DNA of 63,961 bases, the filler included, from Octopus bimaculoides (Eukaryota): the NCBI RefSeq assembly GCF_001194135.2. It is 7 parts of 6 records of this genome, joined end to end, with 100 filler letters (N's around TTAATTAATTAA, not from the genome) between each part and the next. Parts side by side here need not be neighbours in the genome. Positions count along the whole stretch, not along the records: positions 8,111 to 28,876 come from NC_068982.1; positions 28,977 to 46,209 come from NC_069000.1; 5 more parts are not named here. One strand, 5' to 3'. Below are positions 25,459 to 37,390 of this stretch, in pieces. The notes beneath the pieces were generated by a model. The model did no database searches, was not told the origin of the DNA, and saw nothing but the letters and a program-made list of their open reading frames with translations. Positions within the stretch are counted from its first letter, which is position 1. Every line of letters begins with the position of its first letter. Made by a program: the position numbers and the translations under genes.

Positions 25459-26364
25459 ATAGTTAGTTAGCTCGAGGGAGTCATATCCTCATTAGGTATT
25501 ATATAATCCAAGGTATTCCACTGGTTTAATCCGTATCATAAAATGATTACCTAAGTTCCATGAACTCTATATGAACCCTAACGAAGTCCTACCACCATAT
25601 AGTTGGAATGTGACTACTTTCTTAATATTAAAGAAAATGCTTTGAAATTCCCGTTAACTAGATGATAGGACTGAAACATATATGTAGGTTCTTTTTTGCT
25701 TTTTTTAATCCTAATCTATTTTTCTTTGAGCTTCTAATCAATTTATTTGTACTTGTTATTTTTTAAAAATATCTTTTTGTAACATACGAATAAATTAGTA
25801 ATTACATCCATTTATTTTCCATTTTCTTACTCTTGTTTTCCCCCCAATATATATATAACAGAAGAAGGAAAATGCACACAATTTATATATTTTTAAAATA
25901 TATTTTATACATACTAGTGTGTGCGATGTAAGAATTTAAATCACAAAGATTACAATTTTCAAAATTTGTTTTATACTTTGACTTTCGAAAGTTGGAGCAA
26001 GGAAAGTGGCCGCGCACTCATCAGTTCCTGGTAGAGCGGTGATATTGATGCCAATCATGCTTCGTTTAAACCATTTCAGGTCAATGCCTCTCGAGAAACC
26101 ATGAGTAAGGAGAATATTCCAAGTGAGGACCGATGTCCCGAGGAGGAGCATTGCACCCCATCCCCGCGCACGTGCGTGTGAAGACGCAAGGCGTATTTTT
26201 ATTTATAGAATAATCTGATAATTGTATTAAAAGAGTATGCAACGGATAACCTTTGTAAGCAAACGGTACTATACACACATACTTATGTATGTAGGCATAT
26301 ATGAATGCATGTGCGTTTGTATGTATGTGTGTGTGTATATATGAATTAATATTGGTTGTGTGTA

Positions 26365-26665
26365 AGGCGGTGAGCAGGCAGAAACGGTAGCACGCCGGGC
26401 GAAATGCTTAGCAGTATTTCGTCTGCTGCTACGTTCTGAGTTCAAATTCCACCGAGGTCGACTTTGCCTTTCATCATTTCGGGGTCGATAAATTAAGTAC
26501 CAGTTGAGTACTGGTGTCGATCTAATCGACTTAATCCCTTTGTCTGTCCTTGTTTGTCCCCTCTATGTTTAGCCCCTTGTGGGTAATAAAGAAATAAGAA
26601 ACGTTAGCACACCGGGTGGAATGCTTAGCGGTATTTCGTCTGCCGCTACGTTCTGAGTTCAAATT
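26365..26665 (+). mobile_element. SINE family B composite (head, tail, second head)
   Basis: aaggcggtgagcaggcagaaacggtagcacgccgggcgaaatgc..ttaatccctttgtctgtccttgtttgtcccc..aataaagaaataagaaacgttagcacaccggg..gagttcaaatt. Confidence 0.85.
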
Positions 26666-26669
26666 ATAT

Positions 26670-26823
26670 ACAGGCGCAAGTGTGGCTGTGTGATAAGAAT
26701 CTTGCTTACCAACCACATGATTCTGACTGTATGGTATCTTGGGCAAGTGTCTTCTATTATAGCCTCGGGCCGACCAAAGCCTGCTGAGTGGATTTGGTAG
26801 GCGGAAACTGAAAGAAGCCCGTC

Positions 26824-26865
<42 letters not shown>

Positions 26866-27062
26866 GTGTGAGTGTTTGTCCCTCCCCCCACTGGTGTTGG
26901 TTTGTCTACAACCCATAACCTAGCAGTTTGGCAAAATGCACTCGATAGAATAAGCACCAGATTCTAAAAGAAAATGAGTACTGGGTCAATTCGTTTGACT
27001 AAAATTCTTCAAAGTTGTGCCCCAATATGGCCGCATTCAAATGACTGGAACAAATAAATAAA
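26670..27062 (+). mobile_element. SINE family A
   Basis: aggcgcaagtgtggctgtgtgataagaatcttgcttaccaaccacatg..ggaaactgaaagaagcccgtcg(ta)n..aaatgactggaacaaataaa. Confidence 0.85.
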
Positions 27063-27239
27063 TAAGTGTTATATGTAAGCATATGTCCTTTTATGTCTTT
27101 TATAAAAAAAATAAAAGATATATGTGTACATGTTATGAATTCATGGATTAAAACAATGAATAAAATATGTACAAAATTGTTTAAGGGTTCATGAATTGAA
27201 ATCTAAAATCTAAAACTGGTAATGCGTCCATATTCAGGC

Positions 27240-27900
27240 GCAGTTTGTATTTTTCAATAAATATATTTTCTTTATTTAATCGTTGTTGTATAGAGATTGT
27301 TTCCTTGCACTTGTAAATGGGGAAAACCGTGAAGTTTGGTTGGAGATTCTCTGCATATCTCTCTATGTGTCCACTCAATGGTATCTGTCGATATCTTGGG
27401 AAAAGAATCTGTTCCCTATAAACTGTAGTTATCTAAAAGACAACCTTGTTTGACTTATATAGTTGTGTCCACATCCTGAACAAGTTATCACATAAATTAA
27501 ATTTTGGGATGCAAAAGGGAACTTAGTCTTAATTGTGAATCTTTGTCCATGTATGAAGTGAAGTTCCGGACCTTCCACTATTTTGGGGTATGCTCCACAG
27601 TTTGGGCGTCCGCGTCTTCTAAGTATTGGGTCCGCTGTTGTCGGGTATAATTTCGCATTTTTCAGTATTGGTTTTAGTGATTTACGTTGATTTTTACTTT
27701 TGACGAATTTGTGTGTTTGTAGAATGTGGTTCACCTTTGGGTCCCTTGCGAGCATATCCTCCCAAAAAGTGTACCCCACAAAAATGCAATTATCTCCTCT
27801 GTCTTGAATGTTAATAATCACCAACCTTCCCTTAGATTTATTTGTACTCTGGTTCATTTTACGAAAAAACCCTCACGCAACCAACAAGGACCGAAAAATC
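27240..27900 (-). mobile_element. Penelope-like element, GIY-YIG endonuclease end
   Basis: RSLKPILKNAKL, RRGRPNCGAYP (decayed C..C motif), FASQNLIYVITCSGCGHNYISQT, then HIERYA..FTVFPIYKC..QRLNKENIFIEKYKLRLN. Confidence 0.85.
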
Positions 27901-28505
27901 TTTAAGATACCACGAAATAGTCAGACTATCACCAATTTCCCAGTCATGATTAGCAAAACGTGAAACTGGTAGAGTCCGCGTAAACAAATTCTGTCTGACC
28001 CATCCAAGCATGGAAAAGTAGATTTTGAAACGATGACGATGATGATACTAATGGTGGTGGTGGTGGTGCTGGTAATCTTGGTAGTGTTGGTGGTGGTGAT
28101 GGAGTTTCACTCACATACACACACACACATACGCAAAAAAAAACAAGAAAATTAAAAGAAAAATACGAATAAAAATATCAACACATATCACACGTGGAAG
28201 TGGGAAAGAAACTAGGAGTTATACGTTAAGCACATTAATTCGGTCAAGAAGGATTTTATTAGTTACACTATCAATCCCATGATCTCTTGCCGGCTACTAC
28301 GCAGTAACAACTCGCCACTATCACCACTTCATCCAGAAGTTGAGGCCGTAAATGTTTTGCAATACTAACGTATTCAGGAATACACACCTAACTTTAATAT
28401 GCAAATGACTAATAAGGAAATAGGGGAAATATTTAATATAAAAAAAGAAATTGTCTTTCTGATACAGGCATCCCTGCAACCACATTGGTATAAACACATA
28501 CATGC

Positions 28506-28536
<31 letters not shown>

Positions 28537-29292
28537 CATACATACATACATACATACATACATACGTATATTCACACATGCATGATGACCATCCACTCGT
28601 GACCGAGAAAGACTATACATACATACATACATACATACATACATACACCAGCACCGTGTATTATGGTGTATCTATATATCTCATACGCAAGTGTTTATTA
28701 CATACGTCTGTATATATATATATATATATATTCACGTGCACGCACACACGCACACGTACACTCACAGACAGGCACACACATTTGTGTGTCTTCATACACA
28801 CACACACATACATATATAGAAGCAAGCACGTGCATACACACACTCTACACATATAAAGAGAGAGAGGGAGAGAGAGNNNNNNNNNNNNNNNNNNNNNNNN
28901 NNNNNNNNNNNNNNNNNNNNTTAATTAATTAANNNNNNNNNNNNNNNNNNNNNNNNNNNNNNNNNNNNNNNNNNNNCAATGTGGTGCATAAATTGTCAAG
29001 TAAATGAGACGCATCTTTGCCTCCACTGATTCACTTGCAAAGTGTTGAGTAAAATTATTTCGTTGCAGACCTCCTTTGAGTCTTTTTATTATCACTACGA
29101 CACACATAGTCCCCAGTTGGTAACATTGATTTCAAGGCCCTCCTAGATGAGAGACTGGCATTCCACTTAATGTCTATGTTCCATGCTGGCATGGATTGGA
29201 GAGTTATTAATGTAGAAATATGGTATCGTAGCTACTAACAGTTGAGGGTTGCGTAGTCTAGACGGCGTTTTTAGATTTCATTATTCTCTTTA

Positions 29293-29321
29293 ACCCGGGC
29301 AAAGCCGGGTATTTCTGCTAG
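29293..29321 (+). mobile_element. Helitron-type 3' terminus (GC hairpin plus CTAG before T)
   Basis: acccgg-gcaaag-ccgggt hairpin, then atttctg CTAG|T. Confidence 0.65.
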
Positions 29322-30252
29322 TATATATATAATTTCGCTTCCGTTATTAAAACTCAGTATTCATAAGCTGTAGTATAAATTAGCATAAATTATAGAATGA
29401 CAAGGGAATAAGAATTACGCTTTCAATTTCATTAACTTACAGTTGTTTCTGTAACAAGATGTTGCAGATGCACTCAGTTGTAAGCGCACAACTTCTCATT
29501 GCCGAAACAGCTGTAAACTAATGAGGCTTATTACGTAATCCTCATTCCCTTATGATTGAATGATGTCTATAGATAGGTAGATAGATAGATATCTAACAAA
29601 TTAATGAGTTTGCTAATTAGCCACTTTCATATTTACTGGCAGTGAGAAATTTAGTTAATTTTGGTCAATAATTTTTAAAAGTATATGATATACAATAAAT
29701 AGAGAAAGAAAGAAAGAAAGAAAATCATTGTGGCTGAAGTCCATCCTATCGTTTGAGAGGGATATATTTTATCGTCACTATTATGACGGAAAACGAGGTC
29801 TATGTCAGTGATGTTTGAATTTGGATAGTAAATGCGACCATAATTAAATGCCGTCCAATTTTGTAACGATGCATATAACACGAAATACTGCCAGCCACGA
29901 TACTACAATCACGAGTGGAAAATCATCATCATCATCATCTATGCTGACCATCGGACAACCAAAAGTATCAACCAAGTTCACCTTTAATCACACGATCTAT
30001 CGTCTTAAGAGAAACTCGAAGGGTATACTGGGCAACGTAGTTCTGAGTATTGTGCTGCACAATTTTGTCAGTGAACAGGTCGCGGTCTCAAAGCGACGAA
30101 AATATTTTGGCAAATTAAATTTAAATGCTGAAATAAATCTGACGGTTTTCTTTGTGTTTTTCAATGGTTTATAAACACCTTCCACGCTGCAATTGATAAA
30201 AAAAATCCTCATAGATTAAAGAAAATTCGTACAGTGAAGAAATATTACTTAC

Positions 30253-30463
30253 CAACACATAAATTTAAGCCGGTTCTTAGAGAAAGAATAAGTGATATCG
30301 TAGAGACTGGTTCATTAAAGTTCTTTAAAAGCTCAACCAATAGAACCCCGGCTGATAATGCAAATCCAGAGATAATGCAATTGCTAAGTAGGGCGGCAAG
30401 ACATACAATCCATCCGTAGCCACCATCTAGAACAATGGGAACTTTCGTTTCGATTTTCGTCAT
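30253..30463 (-). CDS. First coding exon of an SLC16 (monocarboxylate transporter)-family MFS protein; downstream exons not found in the window
   Basis: MTKIETKVPIVLDGGYGWIVCLAALLSNCIISGFALSAGVLLVELLKNFNEPVSTISLILSLRTGLNLCV matches the SLC16 N-terminal (P)DGGWGW signature. It ends at a phase-1 donor TG|GTAAGT. Upstream acceptor ttttgttttag| at ~30506. Confidence 0.88.
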
Positions 30464-30827
30464 TGTTCTCTGTCACTTTAGAGGTGAATGAGTTATTTTC
30501 TTTGTCTAAAACAAAAGTTTAAAAGATAATGGTAAATATCACAGCAGCATTACCGTCAAAGAAAGGATAAAATCCTTTCTTTGTTGTTGTTGTTGTTGTT
30601 TAGGGGGCCAAGTAGGGATAATGTGATGAAGATTTGATTCTTATATATAGCTGAACAAATGATGACGAAGGGTTTCTTTCATTGACTCGTAAGTTATTTG
30701 TGTTAAGTCCAGGTCAGTCCTGTTCGAGAAGATACGTCATCAATAGTATTCCAGTTAAAATCATCCCATCTCTATAGGACTATTTCTTGTAGGTGAAATG
30801 ACGACACATACTTTTTCTGCCTTGCAG

Positions 30828-30873
<46 letters not shown>

Positions 30874-31013
30874 GTTTGTGTAGTCAATATTCGAAAATCT
30901 TATGTGGGTTTTTTTTTTTTTTTAAGTTGGAGATAGGGAGACTTAGATAATTTCTAGAATACTTGTTTAGAGTAAAAGTGTAAAGCTGCAAGAGCGTTTT
31001 TTTATACACACAC

Positions 31014-31044
<31 letters not shown>

Positions 31045-31675
31045 TGTATGTATGTATGTATGTATGCATGTATGTATGTATGTATGTATGTACGTACGTC
31101 AGTACGTACGTATGTATGTATGTATGTATGTATGTATATACGTATGTACGTATGTATGTATGCATGTATATATGTACGTAATACTTATGTATATATGTAT
31201 GTATGTGCGTACGTACGTATGTACGTACGCGTGTATGTCTGTCATCATTCGGTTTTATTTCAAGATTTCTTGCCAATGAAGCAAGAGCCTGTTTCTAACC
31301 TGGATCCAAGGCTCCTTCATTAAAATTTCAACATCGACAGGGTTATTTTAGCATGTATGTGTGTACGTGTGTAACATTTGGAGTCAATGTATGTGCAGAT
31401 TTGTATATTTTGTCTTGTGTATGTATTCTCATGCATGCAGTTGCATGCGCATATATACTTAAACGATAAACTTTTGCAAAGTTTTACAAATTTTAACAGT
31501 TCCAATGATGGTTTGGATCTGTAGTCTTCGAATCAGCTTTCATCTTTCTAGTTTTGAGAAGCATAATGTCTCAAGATTTCTACTTAGGTAGTGTGTTATA
31601 TATCTCGGTGCCCCAATAACACGAGCAACAAACTCCCACTGAATTTTAAAAAAATAATAATAATAAATGTCTTAC

Positions 31676-31790
31676 CTTGAAGTTTTGCTTCACTTGTTCA
31701 ATAATTAACTTCTGGCAGTGCAAAGAAACACTGACAACAACGCATGCGCAGAAGCAAGCTTCTTCCCACGCAACTTCGCTTGCGCCTAAT
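31676..31790 (-). promoter_or_regulatory. Putative promoter and non-coding first exon of the SLC16-like gene
   Basis: NRF-1-like TGCGCATGCG at 31741-31750 in a CpG-richer unique patch. Strong donor AAG|GTAAGA at 31676/31675 lies upstream of the acceptor at ~30506. Confidence 0.45.
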
Positions 31791-31970
31791 TATGTTTAGA
31801 ATTATCATTTGACACTAAGTAGTTTCTATTTACAGCCAGAATATATTAAAAACGTGAAAACTAATGAACAAACTGAGAACAAAAAGTGGCTATGGCCTCT
31901 ATTATACTGTGGGTTCTTATTTCTTAGAGTCAGTATGTATGTATGTGTGTATGTATGTATGTATGTCGTA

Positions 31971-32355
31971 GAGGCGCAATGGCCCAGTGGTTAGGGCAGC
32001 GGACTCGCGGTCATAGGATCACGGTTTCGATTCCCAGACCGGGCGTTGTGAGTGTTTATTGAGCGAAAACACCTAAAGCTCTACGAGACTCCGGCAGGGG
32101 ATGGTGGCGAACCCTGCTGTACTCTTTCACCACAACTTTCTCTCACTCTTTCTTCCTGTTTCTGTTGTGCCTGTAATTCAAAGGGTCAGCCTTGTCACAC
32201 TGTGTCACGCTGAATATCCCCGAGAACTACGTTAAGGGAACACGTGTCTGTGGAGTGCTCAGCCACTTGCACGTTAATTTCACGAGCAGGCTGTTCCGTT
32301 GATCGGATCAACTGGAACCCTCGACGTCGTAAGCGACGGAGTGCCAACACAACAC
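31971..32355 (+). mobile_element. Full-length tRNA-derived SINE family C
   Basis: A box tggcccagtgg, B box ggtttcgattcc, conserved body shared with the 15116 copy, tail cgacggagtgccaacac. Confidence 0.9.
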
Positions 32356-32580
32356 ATGTATGTATGTATGTATATATGAGTGTTTCATAATTCTGTGTAG
32401 GTAAATCAGCTTATCTACTTATTTTAAATGATTATGAGCTGTTACGCCGGTAAAATATATTCATCGCTGATTCACACACTGACACACACATGCACGTGCG
32501 CGCGCGCACACATACACACCCATATACACACACTCATACGCAATCGTTTACACAGACATCGGACATATATATACACACAC

Positions 32581-32625
<45 letters not shown>

Positions 32626-32629
32626 TATA

Positions 32630-33360
32630 AAAGAATACAAAAAATGGGACAAGAACGCAAAACATCCAGAAAGTTAGATGATACAAAAAAATGGATAAGA
32701 AAAAACAAAGACGGGTCATTCGGAGTTCCAGATCAGATTTGCAGTTTCAGCTGGTTTTACTCGAGACTGCTCTAATCTGGCCAGCCCCAGGGAAAATGTA
32801 AGCTAAGAGCATTAGATTCCTTGGAAGAAAGCAGCAAATGTATACGAAAACAAGGACGTCTTTGTTTTCGTANNNNNNNNNNNNNNNNNNNNNNNNNNNN
32901 NNNNNNNNNNNNNNNNNNNNNNNNNNNNNNNNNNNNNNNNNNNNNNNNNNNNNNNNNNNNNNNNNNNNNNNNNNNNNNNNNNNNNNNNNNNNNNNNNNNN
33001 NNNNNNNNNNNNNNNNNNNNNNNNNNNNNNNNNNNNNNNNNNNNNNNNNNNNNNNNNNNNNNNNNNNNNNNNNNNNNNNNNNNNNNNNNNNNNNNNNNNN
33101 NNNNNNNNNNNNNNNNNNNNNNNNNNNNNNNNNNNNNNNNNNNNNNNNNNNNNNNNNNNNNNNNNNNNNNNNNNNNNNNNNNNNNNNNNNNNNNNNNNNN
33201 NNNNNNTATATATATACATATATATATAAATGGAACAAAAACGCTATAGAGAACAATAAAACATTCGCGAACAGATACAAAGGTGGACAAGAGAAACAAC
33301 AATTAGAAGGACAGGCAAAAAAGACGGGTCATTCGTGGCCTTCTTTCCTCAGTCAAGTAC
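32630..33360 (-). mobile_element. Second copy of the 1514-type PLE pseudo-LTR-like repeat (gap inside)
   Basis: aatacaaaaaatgggacaagaacgcaaaacatccaga..gacgggtcattcggag..gctaagagcattagattccttggaagaaagcagc, as at 1524-1790. Confidence 0.6.
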
Positions 33361-34959
33361 CAGAAGTCACGACCGTTTCGGGCGCAACAACGTATCCAAA
33401 CCATCTTTTTGTTTTTTTTGTTTCTAGAAGCGTCGAATGTCTATCGTATTATACAGACAAGAAAGTAATATTTCGAACGCTGAGAGAAGTTGTGCATTGT
33501 TATACGCATTCACTTAATTAGGTTCTCTCTCAGTCAGCTTCATAAGTTCATGAATGTTGAATTTTCTTCCAAACTTTAAAATGAATTTCGACTTTTTTCT
33601 CAAAGTAGACGGCTTGAATTGTCCTTACTGGATGAAATCGTTGGAAGGTGATTTCCAAAGTTATACGAACGTTTTTCGTGTCTTACTAACAACTTCAAAA
33701 CGGTGCATCGTAGGGGGAAAACTATTTTCATTTCTAGACTCCCCATATCTCAAAGCTTATATAATACTACAAACGGAGGAGAGTGGAACACTCGGAATCC
33801 CACCCCCCTCAACCTCAGTTTCCTAGTCACCCTTCGCCACTGATATATATATATATGTGTGGACTTAGTTCCCGATAAAGATTTAATGGTCTAACTTCAA
33901 ATTGTTTGAGGACTAATAAGTGTTTTCTATACTGACCATCTCTGGATTTCATCTGTTGACTACATACACACACACACATACACAATGTATGTGTGTGTGT
34001 GTATGTGTGAGCCAGATTATGTATGTGTGTATTCGCATGTGTGTGTGTACGTGTATCTGCCTTTGCATATGTATATGTGTGTGAGGTGAGTATACGCAGT
34101 TTTTACTTAATTACTCTTTTACTCTTTTACTTGTTTCAGTCTTTTGACTGTGGCCANNNNNNNNNNNNNNNNNNNNNNNNNNNNNNNNNNNNNNNNNNNN
34201 NNNNNNNNNNNNNNNNNNNNNNNNNNNNNNNNNNNNNNNNNNNNNNNNNNNNNNNNTGTGTTGCACCAAATTGTGTGCTACACTGCGGAGTTTAGTTTCG
34301 TCCTTAAAGGGTTTTGAGATCAAAACGTACCAGGATTGACTTTGGTGCTTTAGTCTTCTTAGGACGACAGAGCAGTTACAGCAGTCACTTTACTTGCCGC
34401 CATCACCATGCTAGAGTGTGTAACCATCGGGCCGCATTCGGTAGAGCATCGGACAAGTTACCTGGATACATTTACAATGTTCTTTCGAAAAAAGTGAAAG
34501 ACTAGTAATAATTGCTAAAAAATGAAATGTGGAGCAACATATCGACTTTCCTGTTAATCTAATTTCTGTTACAAACTAAACTGGAAATTTCTCTATTAAT
34601 ATTGCAAAAAGGACACAGCTGCTTTTTTAAATGAGATTATGTCTACATATACTGAATGACGTATGCATGCATGTATGTATGTATGTATGTATGTATGTAT
34701 GTATGACTGTATCTATGTATGTATGTATGTGTGTGTGTATGGCTGTGATTGCGTGGGGTGTACAACCATTCGTATATGTGTGTGTGAGTATGTGTGTGAG
34801 TGTGTGTGTGAGTGTGCGTGTGGGTGGGTGGTTGTAATCGATAACATAAGTTAGAAATAATTATTGTGATTATTAAGAGAGTGATGGATTGACAGAAAAA
34901 AAATCATTTGAGTGTCGGACAAAACTTTACTATGCAGTACTGTTATTACGTATTTCCCG

Positions 34960-35625
34960 CGGCCAGTCGATTAGATCGACCCCAGTACACAACTGGTACT
35001 TAATTTATCGACCCCGAAAGGATGAAAAGTAAAGTTGACCTCGGCGGAATTTGAACTCAGAACGTAAAGACAGTATTTAGTTCTGAATTCAAATCTCATC
35101 CGAAATCAACGTTTCCTTTCATCGTTCTGAGCTCGATTCTATAAACAATAAGGGTCAATACTGGGGTCGATTCAAATGACTAATCGCCCCACGCCAAAGT
35201 TTTGACTTAGTGTTTTTGTTAGACCTGATTATTGTGATTACTAAAACGAGAGTGGGGTTCTAGGAAAACGTTAGCGCGTCGAACAAAATGCCTTGCAGAT
35301 ATTTAGTTCTGACTACGTTCTGAGATAATAATTCTACTGATATCAACTTTGCATTTCATAATTTTGGTGTCAATGAATAAAGTCTAGTGAAATACTGGGG
35401 CCAATATAAACGACTGCTTAGGCGGCGAGCTAGCAGACGGGCAAAATGCTTAGCGGCATTTCGTCCGTTTTTTATGTTCTGAGTTCTAATTCCGCCGAGG
35501 TTGACTTTGCCTTTCATTCATTTCGGGGTCAATAAAATAAGTACCAGTTGAGCACTGAGGTCGACGTAATCGACTAGATCCCTTCTCCGAAATTGCAGGC
35601 CTTGCGCCAAAATTTGAAACCAATA
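34960..35625. mobile_element. Cluster of SINE family B copies in both orientations
   Basis: 34960-35075 minus; 35270-35410 degenerate plus; 35420-35625 plus (aggcggcgagctagcag..ttctgagttctaattccgccgaggttgac). Confidence 0.8.
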
Positions 35626-36863
35626 TAAACGACTGTTGTTTTTCTCTAAATTCGTGGCCGTGTTGTGAGTGTGCAAAAGATATATATATATATGGTTATT
35701 AATAAAGATATCATAAACGCATTGGGAAAATTTGCAGTGTTGGTAACGTGCTGGACATAGGTAAATGCCGCCCTGTGTTTAGATTATGTATCTTTACGTT
35801 CAAGGTTCAAGCTCGGCAAACGGTAACTGTACTCCTTCAATGTGGATGATTTTTAACAGTGTTTATGTTAGAATTCGCTGTTGATGTCGTTTTTCACGAT
35901 TGGAAATATTTTAACAAATCCCCCACAATGAAAAGCAAACATAAAATAAATAGAAAAATAAACAAACAAGTGAATAAATAAATAATCTTGCTTACATCAT
36001 ATAAGAGTCTGATTTGGTTAGAAATCCACTCTCGCTTGAGTTTCCCTTCCTGTAATCTATTCCATTTGCAATGCCAACTTTCCTTGTAGATTCTGTTTAT
36101 GTCGACATAATTCACATTATCTTAATGGCCAATGTAGTAAAGTTTGGGAAAACGTAAGTAGTCAGGCAAGCTTTCCAATCTTTACTTATTCTATTCGAGA
36201 GTGGGAGAATTAATCAAATGTACAGTCAACACTCACTCGGTGCAACTTGCCCGTAATCCTGTTTAGCAGTAATTTTCAGCTGCTTCAGAATATCAACAAT
36301 AGCCTATCAGAGCCGGTTGCAGCTGCAACGAAAAGCAGTTGATAATCTTAACAGCATAAGACGGTGTTAGATCTAGCAAGCAGCAGTAAAAGTAATGACA
36401 ACGGAAAACCAGTAATTTATTCTATCACTCATTCATTCATTCATTCATTAAGCAGTAATCCATTCATTTAATCACTCCGTCGTGCCTTTCACATACAAAA
36501 ATAATAGTGTCGGATATAGGCATCAGGTGGAACTTTGTGTGTGTGTGTGTGTGTATATGTTTGTGTGTGTGTGCGCGGAGGAACATTTGTCTCCCCTAAT
36601 TGCCGAAATAATTAAAATTATATTGATGACTTTAAAAGACACGAAGCTACAAATGTCGGGGGTTGAATCGAGTCTATTACACATATCCCAAACACCTCAG
36701 TGACATTTGTTTTATTGATTTTGTGGGGATAAACGAAAGGTAAAACTAAATGCAGCATATTTACAATGAATGCAGAACATTAAAGGGGGGTAACTAGAAA
36801 CTTATATTTATGATGAAGTACCAATAATTGTTATTTACCCTCTCTCCTTCCCCCTCTCTCTCC

Positions 36864-36901
<38 letters not shown>

Positions 36902-37039
36902 CTCCCTTTCCCTTTCTCTCTCACACATTTACACAAACACACACACACATAAACATATACGTACACACATATGTCCATGTATACATGTGTGTGTGTGTGC
37001 ATGTGTATGTATGTTTGAGTGTGTGTATGTATGTATTCT

Positions 37040-37230
37040 ATTCGTTTCAGTCATTTGATTGCGGCCATGCTAGAGCACAGCCTTAAAGGGTTTTAATCTC
37101 GAACAAATCGATCATTGTAAGCCTAGTACTTATTTTATCATTATCTTTGGTCGAACCGCTAAGTTACGAGTACATAAACACACTAGATCGGTTGACAAGC
37201 GATGGCGTGGGAACTAGCACAGACCCCCCC

Positions 37231-37268
<38 letters not shown>
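37040..37268 (-). mobile_element. SINE family A, 3' half
   Basis: cgtttcagtcatttgattgcggccatgctagagcac..cctagtacttatt..gaaccgctaagttacg. Confidence 0.8.
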
Positions 37269-37390
37269 NNNNNNNNNNNNNNNNNNNNNNNNNNNNNNNN
37301 NNNNNNNNNNNNNNNNNNNNNNNNNNNNNNNNNNNNNNNNNNNNNNNNNNNNNNNNNNNNNNNNNNNNNNNNNNNNNNNNNNNNNNNNNN

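Noticed and set aside
25911-25950. CTAG|T as a minus-strand Helitron end
   Set aside because: No GC hairpin at the expected distance.
29675-30212. ORFs downstream of the SLC16 exon as possible exon 2
   Set aside because: No GP.AS...N.FG.R-type SLC16 continuation in any frame.
31971-32050. tRNA-like sequence with A and B boxes (also 15116, 23338)
   Set aside because: Runs into a conserved SINE body and forms no proper cloverleaf; these are SINE heads, not tRNA genes.
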